Assembly: GCF_009914755.1 (NCBI RefSeq)
Contig: NC_060928.1
Length of the DNA stretch: 64,000 bases
Source: the human T2T-CHM13v2.0 reference genome, Homo sapiens
Reading direction: 5' to 3' (one strand)
Position numbers and translations under genes: made by a program. Each line of letters opens with the position of its first letter. Positions within the stretch are counted from its first letter, which is position 1. This document shows positions 32,341 through 46,750 of the stretch, piece by piece. Below the pieces are notes generated by a model. It had not been told where the DNA came from. It did no database searches and saw only the letters and a program-made list of their open reading frames with translations.

Positions 32341-35188
32341 TTACAAAAATCAGAGCATAGCAAAGATTCTTTAGAATCCATATTTTCGTATGATAGCCTA
32401 CCACAGAATTTTTGCAAATATATTTTTCACATATATTTTGGGGGAAAATACACACATGCAAACACACACACACATTTATATGTAAAATAAAGCAAATAGA
32501 AGTGTAGGTTTTATTTGCAAAGTTGTTGAGAATGCTAGGGTGGTGGAGAGCCACGTCAGGCCGAATCTCAGCTCTCCCTACAGCTGCCGAGATGGTGCCT
32601 CACAACGTTTCCTCGTTTGACTCCCCAGACCCCAAAGCCTCCTGAGCAGTCAGCGAAGACGCTGGAAGGATCCCCGAACCGTCATTATTTACCTCCATTG
32701 ACTGAAGCACATTTAAAAGTTGGTTTACACTTTCCACTCCATATCATTTAATAATGTCATATTGAACTGTTTCCCCAAGCAATAAAAAATAAATCCTTTA
32801 ATGCTATAGACAAAGTATAATAGCACTCAATAGAAAGAAAAGAAATTTGAAGGGCTTAGATTTCTTACTCTCCAATTGGAAAAGTAAGAATTTTGGGGAA
32901 AAAACACTTTTGCCTAGAAAAGCATATTCCATAGAGGACAGATGGAAAGGATATTTGTGTTTAATTTAAATGTTCTGCAAAAGTTCACTCTTCCAGCACC
33001 ACGGCAACACCCGCAGGTCTCTGACAAGTGACAAGAACACTTTATGCTGAATCCTCAGCAGGATCTGAGACCTATTAGGGATTTTGAATCCATCTGGAGC
33101 TCGAGGAATCTCTGAAATGAGGCAAACCAGGGAAGGGCTCTGAGGAGACTTCCACACACTCCTCCAATCACACATGCAGCCCAAATTCCCCAAGTTTCCT
33201 GTTCTGGTTAATTAGAGATCCCAGTTTCATGATCACTGACTGCCCTTTCTTCGGGGGCTGGTTTGGTTTAACGATTCCTGACATTTCATCCACGGCACTG
33301 AGCTTTTTTACAGCAATAGAAAATAACAGCCTCTCTCCCTGACAGCAGAGCAGGTTGTTCGATGCTGTAACTAGAGGAACAGTGATGGCTCTCCTCTGTG
33401 CTAACTCACGGCACAATAGGTGGGACATCAAGAATAATGACATCAAATGGCCGTGGAAACGGATTCGCAGGATGCGCAGGTGAACGCCCATTTCAAGCTA
33501 GACACTCTCTTGTGTCCTGTGCCGCTTCCAGCAGCAAAGAGTTCTCACCGCTTTCCGCTCCTCGTTTGAGTGTGGGAAGCTGCCAGGAAGGCTCCTTTTG
33601 AAAAGCTGTGATCTGAGGGTCCAACCAAACCTGGGGCTTTGAGGACTCTCCCCAGGAGGCAGCCCCTTCAGTACCTGTGCGGAGGCAGTGATCAGAATAA
33701 GAGGAGTGCAGGAAATGCAAAGGCTACCTGGTGACAATCCAGTGTTTGGGGCCAGCAAGGACTTGTTGAGATCAGCGGTAAGAACTGTGGATAATGACAC
33801 AAGCAGCTGCCCAAGGGAGCCTGAGGGAGAACAAGCATTAATGACCTCAGAGACTTGTTCTCTTTCTAGTCTTTTCCTGAAATGCCAAACCATGGAGCCA
33901 GTTATCAATCAAGGGAGTGAAATATATCGGAGGATGGGTTTGGTTTGCTACAGTGACAGCCAGCTTCGCTTTTGAATACTCTTTGAAAACAATTTTTACC
34001 GTGCAATGCTGGAAAAAGCCAACAAATAATAAACCTGTCGCAGTACTCACCAAGAGCTCATAAATACAAAAGTCAGCCTTGCAGCTGCAAAGAAACGCCA
34101 TTCCTAAGCTTGAAAAATTGTCAGTACTCAATCATTGCATCTGATACCAATTTTCATTTCGGGCTGTGATTTGGGACGACTCTTATCTTCAGCACTCCAG
34201 AGGCGGGAGCCTCCTGCTCCCACTGGGCGGTCTTAGGGTTAGGGTGGAGGTGCTGCCATCAGATGGAGATAACAGCAGTTCTTTGAGTTCTTTTTAATTT
34301 TCCCAGCTGTGCTGCAGTTACACACCAATAAGCTCATCTTTTCATTTGGTTCAAAAAACTATGCAGAACTGTGCTAGTCCTGCATTTTTGGTGATAACAT
34401 TTCAAAGGTAAGAGAAACACATTTAATGACAGCCATAGGCCCTGGGCTCTGCCTGGGAGCCCAGTGCTCCTCCTCCTGAAGCAATTCTCATTATGCCACG
34501 TCCCCCAGACACTTTGTTACTGTCTGCCTGATTCTCGTCCGCCTTCTCTGCCCTTAGGGAAAAATCATCACACAAACCCTGTTGAGAGAAATGAGAACTT
34601 TACTGAGGAGCCCTGTGTTGAGTGGACACACTTCAACAATTTCCTGTAGCTTTCATGGGATTCAGCTGAAGCAAATGTATGACCTGATTCTTCAAAGGAG
34701 GACCAGGAAGCTGCCTGCTGGGTTCTTTGTGGAGGGTTCACTGTGAACAGGAAGAATTTGCTTCCATGAAGCATAGTGTTGCTTCTAATCAAGGGAAAGT
34801 TTCCAGGTTCTCAGAAGGTTCCCATTTCCTGAGAGGTGCCAGGTCACATACTTTGGTGTTGAAACTAAAAGTTACTGGATTTGGAAGTGACAGCTATAGG
34901 CCTATATTCCTCAGCAAGGTGCTTCTCAGTAGTGAGAGGTCGCTTGTTAAACGAGTTGTCTTTTTCCACATTCGATTTCCTCGCACCTGGACTGCGTGGT
35001 TGGTGGAGAGGTACACACAGCCCCCTGTGGGGTCTGCTCTTCTGTGAATCTACTGCACGTCACCTCCTGTTTCCCAGGGAGCATCTCCCTTTGTTGAGCC
35101 TCAACATGCAGTTATTTTTACATGATCTCCCTCTACTGAACCCCTCTGAATCTAGTAGGCCATTTGTGTACAAATGTGACAATTTGTT

Positions 35189-36025
35189 TTTTAATTTTTA
35201 ATTTTTTAACTTTAGGTTCGGGGGTATATGTGCATATTTGTTATATGGGTAAACTTGTGTATCAGGGGTTTGTTGTACCCAGGTACTTATTTTATCACCC
35301 AGGTACTAAGCCTACTACCCAAAAGCTGTTTTTTTCTGATTCTCTCCCTACTCCCACCCTCCACTCTCAAGCAGGCCCAGTATCTGTTGAGCTCCTCTCT
35401 GTGTCCACGTGTTCTCATCATTTAGCTCCTTCTTATAAGTGAGAACATGCAATATTTGGTTTTGTGTTCCTGCATTAGTTTGCCAAGGATAATAGCCTCA
35501 GCTCCATCCATGTTGCTGGAAAGGATATGATCTCATTCTTTTTTATGGCTGCATAGTATTCCATGGTATGTATATACCACATTTTCTTTATCCATTATGT
35601 CATTGATGGGCATTTGGCTTGATTCCCTCTCTTTGCTATTGTGAACAGTGCTGCAGTGAACATAAGCATGCATGTGTCTTTACGGTGGAGTGATTTACAT
35701 TCCTTTGGGTATGGACCCAGTAATGGGATTGCTGGGTCATATGGTAGTTCTGTTTTTGGCTCTTTAAGCAATCATTACACCGCTTTCCACAATGATTGAA
35801 CTAATTTACACTCCCACCAACAGTGTATAAGAGTTCCCTTTTCTCTGCAACCTTGTCAGTATCTGTTCTTTTTTTTTTAACTTTTGAATAAAAGCCATTC
35901 TGGCTGGTGTGAGATGGTATCTCACTGAGGTTTTGATTTGCATTTCTCTGATGATCACTGATATTGAGCCTTTTTTCATATGCTTGCTGGTTGCATGTAT
36001 GCCTTCTTTTGAAAAGTGTCTCTTC
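35189..36025 (-). mobile_element. Older L1PA (about L1PA11-16) 3' fragment with degenerate 15-bp TSD
   Basis: Antisense 3' UTR and ORF2 end ([17 protein letters not shown]). TSD ATGTGACAATTTGTT (35174) and ATGTTACGATTTGTT (36026). Confidence 0.9.
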
Positions 36026-36439
36026 ATGTTACGATTTGTTAGTGTGCTTAAGCAACCATGTCCAAAATGGTTAAGAATAGACAAATCACTCCCAAGAAAG
36101 ACAAAGAACCGCACCATTAGTGGTTACCTGGTAACATACAAGACCCTCAGACCTAGAGGGACTTCCTCCAGAGACCGACGGCTGACATAGCAGGAACCCT
36201 ACAGGCTGTCTCTCCTGATGCCCCAGTGTGCTGCTTTCAGGGAATGGTCCCACAGATGAATGTTCAGTCCTAGCAAATGAAAACTCAACAACAAAATGTG
36301 TTGCTCTAATAGAAAAAGTAATGTTGTCTGTCCAGACTTTCCATGGAAATACTGGTTTATACACTCACTATTGACAAATTAATCTCATTTGAAAACAAAT
36401 AAAATATAGCTACATGGTATAGCAAAAACATATGCCTTT

Positions 36440-37960
36440 TTGGCAATTGCTATATCAAAAATAATTTACTCAACTACTTTTTACTGGCTGAATTGATCAG
36501 TTGTTAAAGCCAAAATAATCTGGAGTCATCCTTGAAGTTGGTCACATCTAATCAACCTAAAAGCCAGCAATACAGCCTTCAAACTATATCTTGCATCGAC
36601 CAATTTTCACAACCTCTACCAATTGTACTTAGTCATCTTATGACTCCAGCCTTTTTAATACTCTCCCTGTTTCTGTCTTTTCCATTTCAGTTAATTCTCT
36701 ACACAGCAGCCAGGAAGCTCTTTGTAAATCATAAGCCATATCATGCCAGTCCTCTGCTCGAGCACTGCAAGGGGTTCCAATGGTCGGGTTTGGCAAACTT
36801 TTTCTGAATGCGGCCAAGTAATAAATAGCGTAGGTCTTATGTGACTACGTAGGGCCATGTGACTTCTGTTGTAACTTCTCACATTTGCCACTGGAGCATG
36901 GATGCAGCCACAGAAGATGCTTAAGTAAATGGGTGTGGCTTTGCACTAATAAAATCTTTATTTACAAACCCAGTGCAGGCTGCTTGTGGACCAAATTGTT
37001 TGGTGACTCCTGGAATAGAAGATCATACATGATCTTGCTTCTGGCTCCCTGTGCTAAAATTCTCCCACTTAGTAACTTCACTTTAATCGTAATGCTCTCC
37101 TTGCTGTTCTGGAAAGTGCCCAGTACAATCTCACCTTGATTCCTCTGCATTTGCTCTATGTTGTCTTAAAATACTTGATTTAGATACATGTGGCTGTGTA
37201 ATAAATCATACTGAAACTTGGTAGCTTAAAACAATAAAGACATGTATTATCTTTCACTATCCTCTGGATGGACTGGGCTCAGCTGGGCAGTTCTTCTTTC
37301 ACATGTGGTGTCACGGACGCACTCACCTGGAGGAGGCTCAACCGAGCAGAAACACAACAGATGGCTCATTCACCTGCAGGCAGCTGGTAGCAGCTGGTAT
37401 CTGGATGCTCAGCTGGAGGTAGGTCCTCCTCCATGTGGCCTGTTCATGTGGCTTGAACTTCTTATAACATGGTGGCTGCGTTACAAGAAGGAATGTTCCA
37501 GGATCATAACAGTGGAAGCTACAGATCTCCAAGGTTCCCACCTGGGAACTCACAGAGCATGGTTTCTTCTATAGACTGTACATCACAGCAAGGTTCAGGG
37601 GAGGATTCTGAAAACACCTTTCAAGGGGAGGATTAGGACACAATTTGCAGCCCTCTTCAATCCACTAAATGTTCTTCCCTATCTGTTTTATTTAGGTCCA
37701 AATGTGACCTTTTCAGACAGGCCAGTTGTGGCCACCCTTGCCGTGTACTCAAGAAACTTTTTATCTGCTTGACCTAATTTTTCTTACTGCAATTGTGCAT
37801 TGTGTATATTTATTTGTTCATTTTTTTGTTTTCTCTTTTCCTACTGCTAGAAGAATGTGTGTTCCCTCTTTGTCTGTCTGTTCATGATTCTCTCACCAGT
37901 TCCTAGGATAATTCCTGACACAAAGAAGGCATTCACTAACTGTTTCCTGAATGAAGAAGT
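36440..37960 (+). mobile_element. L2 interrupted by MER58A (about 36780-37005) and an MLT1-type LTR (about 37190-37670)
   Basis: L2 motifs CTCTACACAGCAGCCAGG and 3' end TGAATGAAG; MER58 GGTTTGGCAAACTTTTTCTG; MLT1 CTGGGCTCAGCTGGGCAGTTCT. Confidence 0.65.
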
Positions 37961-38677
37961 GTCGGCTGTATAATACGGACTGTGCCAGCCATGGAGGATA
38001 AAAAGATTAATCAGATCGTATTTCTGCTCTAAAACATCTCATGACCTAAAACTGAGAGGCTGCTGATCTGGAATTGATGCTATGGCTTCTCAACTTCAAC
38101 AGTTTGGAAGAGAATCACAAAATTGTGTCATTTATAAGCAAAGTTCAAAGTGCTAAAAAAAATAGGAACACTACATATTTCAATGCATGAGTACACATAG
38201 GGCTCCCCTCCTCTGCCAATGGCAGGGACTACCAGAGCTTCTAAAGGCATTTTAAAGTTACACTGTGAGGAGTGTCAGACTGATTAACATTTTCAGCCAA
38301 CGCTGTTGAAGGTGGGATTTATCAGATTTTTTTTCATTTATATTTAAATTCTTAAATTAAGGAATAAGAAACATATTAATAAAAGCCTTAGTGATATCTT
38401 CATAGTATAAAGTATGACTTACTTTATTAATCTATTAGCATATCTTATCATATTCTGTGATATTTATAACCTGAAAAATGTCAAGGAGAGAGATGATACC
38501 AGGACTGAGAAAACATGTTAAACCATACTTGATATTTTCATTAATATTTGAGACAATATTATTTACTAAATATTGAAGCTCACAGAGAAATACAAAATAA
38601 TAGCAATTAACAGTAAAATTTACTAAAATCTAGATATCCTATTATTCATTTCTAGTTTTAGCAATGCTTTGATTTTA

Positions 38678-39157
<480 letters not shown>

Positions 39158-40019
39158 TTAAGATTTAATCTTGTTCCCATAGTAGCGTAGATCTTAAGTT
39201 AGTCTTGGCCAGAGGGAAATCACTCCAACAAACCTAGCAATGTGGCTGATGTTTCTCAGAGGGTCAGAAGCACCTGGAGGGATCCCAGAAAAAGAAAAAG
39301 GTTATGGGATAGCAGGTATGGTTAGAACGGTGAGAGTTAGGGTAAAGGTTAACGGTGCAATAAAGAGACAAAAATAACATCACTCGAACAAGATGGAAGA
39401 TTGTTTCTGTTTCATATGGGAGTCCATGCGTGGGCAGGCAGTAGAGGGCAGTGAGGCATACCTTCTCAATAGTGCTTCCCCCAATCTAGGTGACTTCTAT
39501 ATATATATAGCGTTGGTTCATGCGCTGTTATTGAGTGTGTTGCACCTGCACACTGGAACTCAGATCACCTGCACACTCCCACATTCTTGACCCTGGACAG
39601 GGAGAAAGGCTGTGTGCAGGGCAAACTGCTTATTTTCATATATGTATCTGGAATTTACACACATTATTTTCACTTGTGTGTCTGTCACCAATGTTTACAT
39701 GCACAGCTCCAGATGTGGTCTCTATTAGGGTGGCCAAGAGCCCTACAACAGTTCAGAGGGTTATAATCCTAAAGCGAAGAAGGGGAGAATGAAGACACAG
39801 AATAATTAGATGTCTGCAGCTTGGTATAGTTGACTAATTCTCCCATCCCCCAAACTAACTGATTATCTTTACTTAATCTGGACAGTAGTATTCTTAGTAC
39901 TTGAAGAACTTAATAATAGTTCCTTTGTTCTTTCAGAAGAGAAAAATACATTGAAAGGAGATTACACTAGAAAAAAATAATTTTCCCCCTCTCAAAATGT
40001 GGACAACAACACGCCAGTC

Positions 40020-41161
40020 ACACACACCTGCAAGCACACGCACCTGCAAACACACGCACCAGCTAGCACATGCACCTGCAAACACACGCACCAGCAAACA
40101 CACACACCTGCAAGCACACACACCCGTAAGCACACGCACCAGCAAGCACACACACCTGCAAGCACACGCACCTGCAAGCACACACACCTGCAAGCACACG
40201 CACCAGCAAGCACACACAGCTGCAAGCACACACACCTGCAAGCACACACAGCTGCAAGCACGCACAGCTGCAAGCACACACAGCTGCAAGCACACGCACC
40301 TGCAAGCACACAGAGCTGCAAGCACACGCGCCAGCAAGCACACACAGCTGCAAGCACACACAGCTGCAAGCACATGCACCTGCAAGCACACACAGCTACA
40401 AGCACGCACACCTGCAAACACACACAGCTGCAAGCACACACCAGCAAGCACACACACCTGCAAGCACGCACACCTGCAAGCACACACAGCTGCAAGCACA
40501 CAGCAGCAAGCACACACACCTGCAAGCACACACAGCTGCAAGCACGCACACCTGCAAGCACACACAGCTGCAAGCATGCACACCTGCAAGCACATAGCAG
40601 CAAGCACACACACCTGCAAGCACACACAGCTGCAAGCTCACACAGCTGCAAGCACACAGCAGCAAGCACACACACCTGCAAGCACACACAGCTGCAAGCA
40701 CACACACCTGCAAGCACACACAGCTGCAAGCACGCACAGCTGCAAGCACGCACACCTGCAAGCACACGCACCTGCAAGCACACACAGCTGCAAGCACACA
40801 GCGGCAAGCACACACACCTGCAAGCACGCACACCTGCAAGCACACACAGCTGCAAGCACGCACACCTGCAAACACACACAGCTGCAAGCACACACCAGCA
40901 AGCACACACACCTGCAGGCACACACAGCTGCAAGCACACAGCTGCAAGCACACACACCTGCAAGCACACACAGCTGCAAGCACACGCACCTGCAAGCACA
41001 CACAGCTGCAAGCACACAGCAGCAAGCACACGCACCTGCAAGCACACACAGCTGCAAGCACGCACACCTGCAAGCACACACAGCTGCAAGCACGCACACC
41101 TGCAAGCACACGCACCTGCAAGCACACACCTGCAAGCACACACACCTGCAAGCACACACAC
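40020..41161. repeat. 1.14-kb minisatellite with 14-16-bp unit CAAGCACAC(A/G)CA(C/G)CTG, about 70 copies
   Basis: Continuous GCAAGCACACACAGCT / GCAAGCACACACACCT variants. Confidence 0.97.
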
Positions 41162-41375
41162 AAAATGAGTGCAAGAGGGAATGTGCTCAGTACTTGGTCT
41201 GGTGTTCCTTGATAGCAAAATAAATAATAAGAATAAAGGCAATGATGTGTTTTTAGATCTGCAACGTGAAAACAGGAGTGGGTAGGGGGTGGGGGACATT
41301 GGTTGAAAACCGAACCAAACAAAAAAGTGCAGAGAACACACGACCAAATCTGTCATCAAAGGATCATCTTACTGT

Positions 41376-41635
41376 GGCCAGGTGTGGTAACCCGAGCACT
41401 TGGGGAGGCCAAGATGAGGAAACCCTGTCTCTACTAAAAAACACAAAAATTAGTAGGGTGTGGTAGTGGGCACCTGTAATCCCAGCTACCTGTGAGGCTG
41501 AGGCAGGAGAATCACATTAACTCCGGAGGTGGAGGTTGCAGTGAGCCGAGATCGCGCCACCGCACTCCAGTCTGGGCGACAGAGCGAGACTCCGTCTCAA
41601 AAAAACAAAAAAACAAACAAACAAACAAAAAAAAA
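41376..41635 (+). mobile_element. AluS with two internal deletions in the left monomer
   Basis: GGCCAGGTGTGGTAACCCGAGCACTTGGGGAGGCCAAGATGAGGAAACCC; right monomer and A-rich tail intact. Confidence 0.88.
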
Positions 41636-42221
41636 CTTTGTACTTGTCAACCTATTTTACATTGTTAGTTGTTTCAATGACACATATAACTTTATATAAG
41701 AGAAGATAACATTGTGTACATAAAACGTCAAATCCTATTTATTCAATGTCATTGGATTTGTTTTAAAACAAATCATTTTTAATAACTATGAAGACACTAT
41801 GTAATAGTCTGGTGTCTTGACATTTCTCATGGCTATTACATGAGAAAGCAAAAGGAAGAAAAATGTTGCAAAAAAAGGACAAGAGCTCAATGAATTTATA
41901 TAAATTATTGACAGTAAATATATATCACCATCATTCATTATATAATTGAGGTTCACTTTTAGAAATCTATTTTTTTGCAGTTGCACATTGATAGTTTATA
42001 TAGGAAGGAATTCATTAAAAATATTTAATCATAAAAATTGAGTAGAAGAGAAAAAGACATTAAAAGTTGAATAACATTTCTTAAGATTTGTCTGCATTAC
42101 TATTATGATTTCATTTGGAAATATTGTGAAATTAGCAAACAAATATGTTTTAATTCTTTTATAGTAAACTGAGAAGCTCTTCTACCAACCACACAGAGTA
42201 ATTGACTCAGAGTGAGATTAG

Positions 42222-42594
<373 letters not shown>

Positions 42595-43263
42595 TAGCAC
42601 GCCTTTTCTATAAAAAGTTAGATAGTGAAAATGTTAAGCTTTCTGGGGCCCCGTGCATTCTCTGTTGCAACTGTACAAACTTTCTCAGCTTGTGGGCAAA
42701 TAGTAGGTCCAGGCCCTGTTTGCTGATCCCCGCTCTGCAGGATTAACCAGGCAATTGGAATAATTCTCAGTTCATGCATATCTCCTCTGAGAATATGTCA
42801 TTAACTATATACATAGTTATATTTATTCTCCTATAATGCTCATGTGTATTGCTTAAAATTTATTTGTAATGCGTTTTAACAAAACTCCCTCTCCTCTCCT
42901 TTCACACAACAGCTAATCATCAGTCATAGGATTGCTTTTATTTTTACTTTGAAAGTTTATAATTTATCAAATATCCCAAAGTTCACACATATTTGTCCTT
43001 GTATTTGTGTGGAAGGAAAGACTAATCTACTATATAATGCTGACTGATGCTCTAGGCCTTGAAGGAAGCATATCATGCCTGCTATCTCAGTTACTCTCCA
43101 CCACCATGCTATGAGGTAGGTGCTTATCCACATGTGAAACCTGGGCCCAAAATAACTCAGTGAGTCTCCCAAGGTCACCCAGCTTATAATGGTAGTGTCA
43201 GAATTTGAACCTTTCTCCTAAATTTAAGGCTAATCCCCTCTACCTTTTCTTTGAAAATCCCGA

Positions 43264-43920
<657 letters not shown>

Positions 43921-46479
43921 GTAGAGACTAGAGACTACTTCTCTCTCTTTTACGCTCAATCTATCCTTCTAACTAGGTATTTGCCTAGTGCTCTTAATCA
44001 TACTCAGCCCACTTTCATTACAAAAAAAAAAAAGACAAAAACAGAAACAAATCCCAGGCAAACAAAATCATCTCCCACTCCACCATTTACTCCCTCCCAG
44101 CCACCATCTTTACTCTCTCTTCACAGCCAAGTTAGTCTGGAGAGCTTTCAACACTTGTCTCCATTTCCTTATGCCCCACTCGCTCATCAACCCACACCAT
44201 ATTGGCTTTGGGCTGTCACTTTAACAAATAAGCTTTTAGTAATGCCACCACAGAACAGAGATATATTTCAGTCCTTATCTGTCTTGTCCTCTCAGAAAGA
44301 TTTTGTACTACTGACCATTTTCTCAATTCTGGAGCAAGTTCGTTCCTTTGCTTCTGTATGCAAAAATGTACTTGCTTTGGCTCCAACTTATCTCGTGACT
44401 TTTTATCTGGTTCTTGTTCAGATTTATTCTCCTCTTACCAGAATTTAAGTAGCATCATCCCTCAGGGCCCTGGAGACCCTCTTCTCTTCTTCCAATCTCT
44501 GCAACCCATAGACAATATTGCAAGGCCCACTAAGCTGTCTGAATGTGAACCAAGTCAGAGGACTTCAGGAAGGATAATTTCACAAAGACAGCAGATTTGC
44601 TTTAACCAATTATATGATGAAGCAATAAGATGATGTCAGTGATAAAGAAAAACATAATCATTTTTCAGAAGAGGGAAGAAAAAATGTAATCAAAATATTT
44701 GGGGAAAGCAACAATAAAACAGTACCAGAAAGACACATGGTCCCCATGAAACAGAATACAATGTAATATGATTTTTAGAAATTAGCTAAATTTTTTTAAA
44801 AGAGAGCCTATTTAAACATGGCACTTGGAATATTCACCTTTGAGCGGTCAGCCTTTCCTTCTGACATATATCTATACGCAGCAACTGGTATATATATAAT
44901 GGTTAGAAATACATGCTATTTTTATATTGACTGGTTTTCAATTTTTAGATCAATCTATACACAAAGCAGAGAAGACAATATAATGCTGTTCTTATAAAAT
45001 TTTAAAATTTTTAGATAATTGTTGACGAACAGATTTCTGAAGTTGAGGGTTGTAGAAGGACATTGAGATCCTGAATTTATGTGGGGGGTAGTCAAGGTAT
45101 AAAATAAAGACATTGAAATTTAAGTGTGTTAATATTATAAGGATATCAAATGAAAGGAATTGAGTACAATTCTACCAAATATTTGGAAGAGAAGGAAGAA
45201 GTGTAGAAGTGAGGTGAGATGAGAGAAAGTCAGCTGAGCTTGTCATCTGTTGTCCCAGGAAATCACTCAGCAGAGCTTGTGGTTGATACAGCAGGTAAAG
45301 GGGGAACATGATATCTGGGACAGAAACGTGACTCCCAGGAGAAAACTAAACAGGAGGGCTCTGTGGAATGAACAGGAGCCAGGTGAATGGACTTTGCTCT
45401 TGCTTTTTTTACTCTGAACTCTTTGAATTATCTATTTACTTTTTGGACTTGTTACTTGCATAATAGGAGAAAAACAGTAATTCAAACAAGTAAATTGGAG
45501 CTTGATTCTATTTAAATATTAAAATTTAAAAGGAACAAAACTAAAAGTACTGGAAGTAAAAATTAGAAAGCCACAAGAAAATAGATAAACTAAAAATAAT
45601 TTGTTGAGATATTTATATTCTCAGGCATAAAACATCTTGATTTCACTGCCAAAAAACATGATATATTCTTAATATAAAAAGTGTATGAGTTAGAAATATA
45701 TAGAATCACAAAGATATTTGTCATTTCACTTCAAACAACAACAAAAAAATGGTAAAACTGTCTTCAATTCTAGAATAATGTGAGATGAGAAACCTTAAGT
45801 GTTATCTATCCTTTGCTTACGTAATCCCTATGTGCCCTCCAGTGTCCGATATGCAAGTCTTTCCTCTGCTGTAAAACACAGCTTGGCAGCAAAATGTGCC
45901 ATATATAACTGTAATCTTTAGTAATGATGAGGCACTCTGTAGATTCCAGCAGGTACTTTCATTACTCCCACAAGCTTTTAAGCACCCATTATTTTTAGTC
46001 TTATATTCTCATGAATATCTTTTACATTTTACATCTAAGGAGAAATAAAAGAATAATAATTATATTTAATTATTTGAATAGCTTTTTAATCACAAGTCTC
46101 TACGCTGGAATCTGAGGGATATTTAATGCAAAAGTCATACTTGCCCTCCATAGTCAGTTTCTTTCTGCAGTTACCTTATTGCAACATGCCCAGTAGTGAT
46201 AAGTCCATTTTCCATATATACACAAGCATAGAATCTAATTTTCAAAAGGCCACCTAGGAACCCAGTCTAAATCACACCAGATACCTACATTGCTTCTCTA
46301 TTTTGCTGAGAGATTGTTATCCAACATCTGTTTGCACACTTCAGTGATAGGGAGAACACTTAAACACAATAGTGGTGATTTATTGTTGAGAAACACTAGT
46401 TATTAGAATATTCTATCTTATATTGCATTGAAATTTGCTTTCCCTTTAACCCTATGGGTCCTGGTGAGGTATTACTTTC

Positions 46480-46750
46480 ATTTTTATTTTTATTTTTTTA
46501 ATGTATTTATTTTGAGGCAGAATCTTGCTCCGTCACCCAGGCTGGAGTGCAGTGATACATTCTTAGCTCACTGCAGCCTCAAACTCCTGGGCTCAAGCAA
46601 TCTTTCCATTTTTGACGTCCGAGTAGCTAGCACTACAGGTACATACCACCACAGCTGGCTAATTAAAAAAAAATTATAGAGATGGGATCTTCTTAGGTTG
46701 ACCGGCTGATTAGAAACTTCTGTCCTCAAGCAATCTTCCTGCCTCTTTAA
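46480..46750 (-). mobile_element. AluJ-like
   Basis: CACTGCAGCCTCAAACTCCTGGGCTCAAGCAATC is J-type. Confidence 0.85.

Noticed and set aside
34233-34244. TTAGGGTTAGGG interstitial telomere seed
   Set aside because: Only two units, which is compatible with chance.
39933-41359. Long 230-455-aa Cys-rich or His/Thr-rich ORFs on both strands
   Set aside because: They are read-throughs of a nearly stop-free minisatellite, open in several frames at once, with no gene structure.
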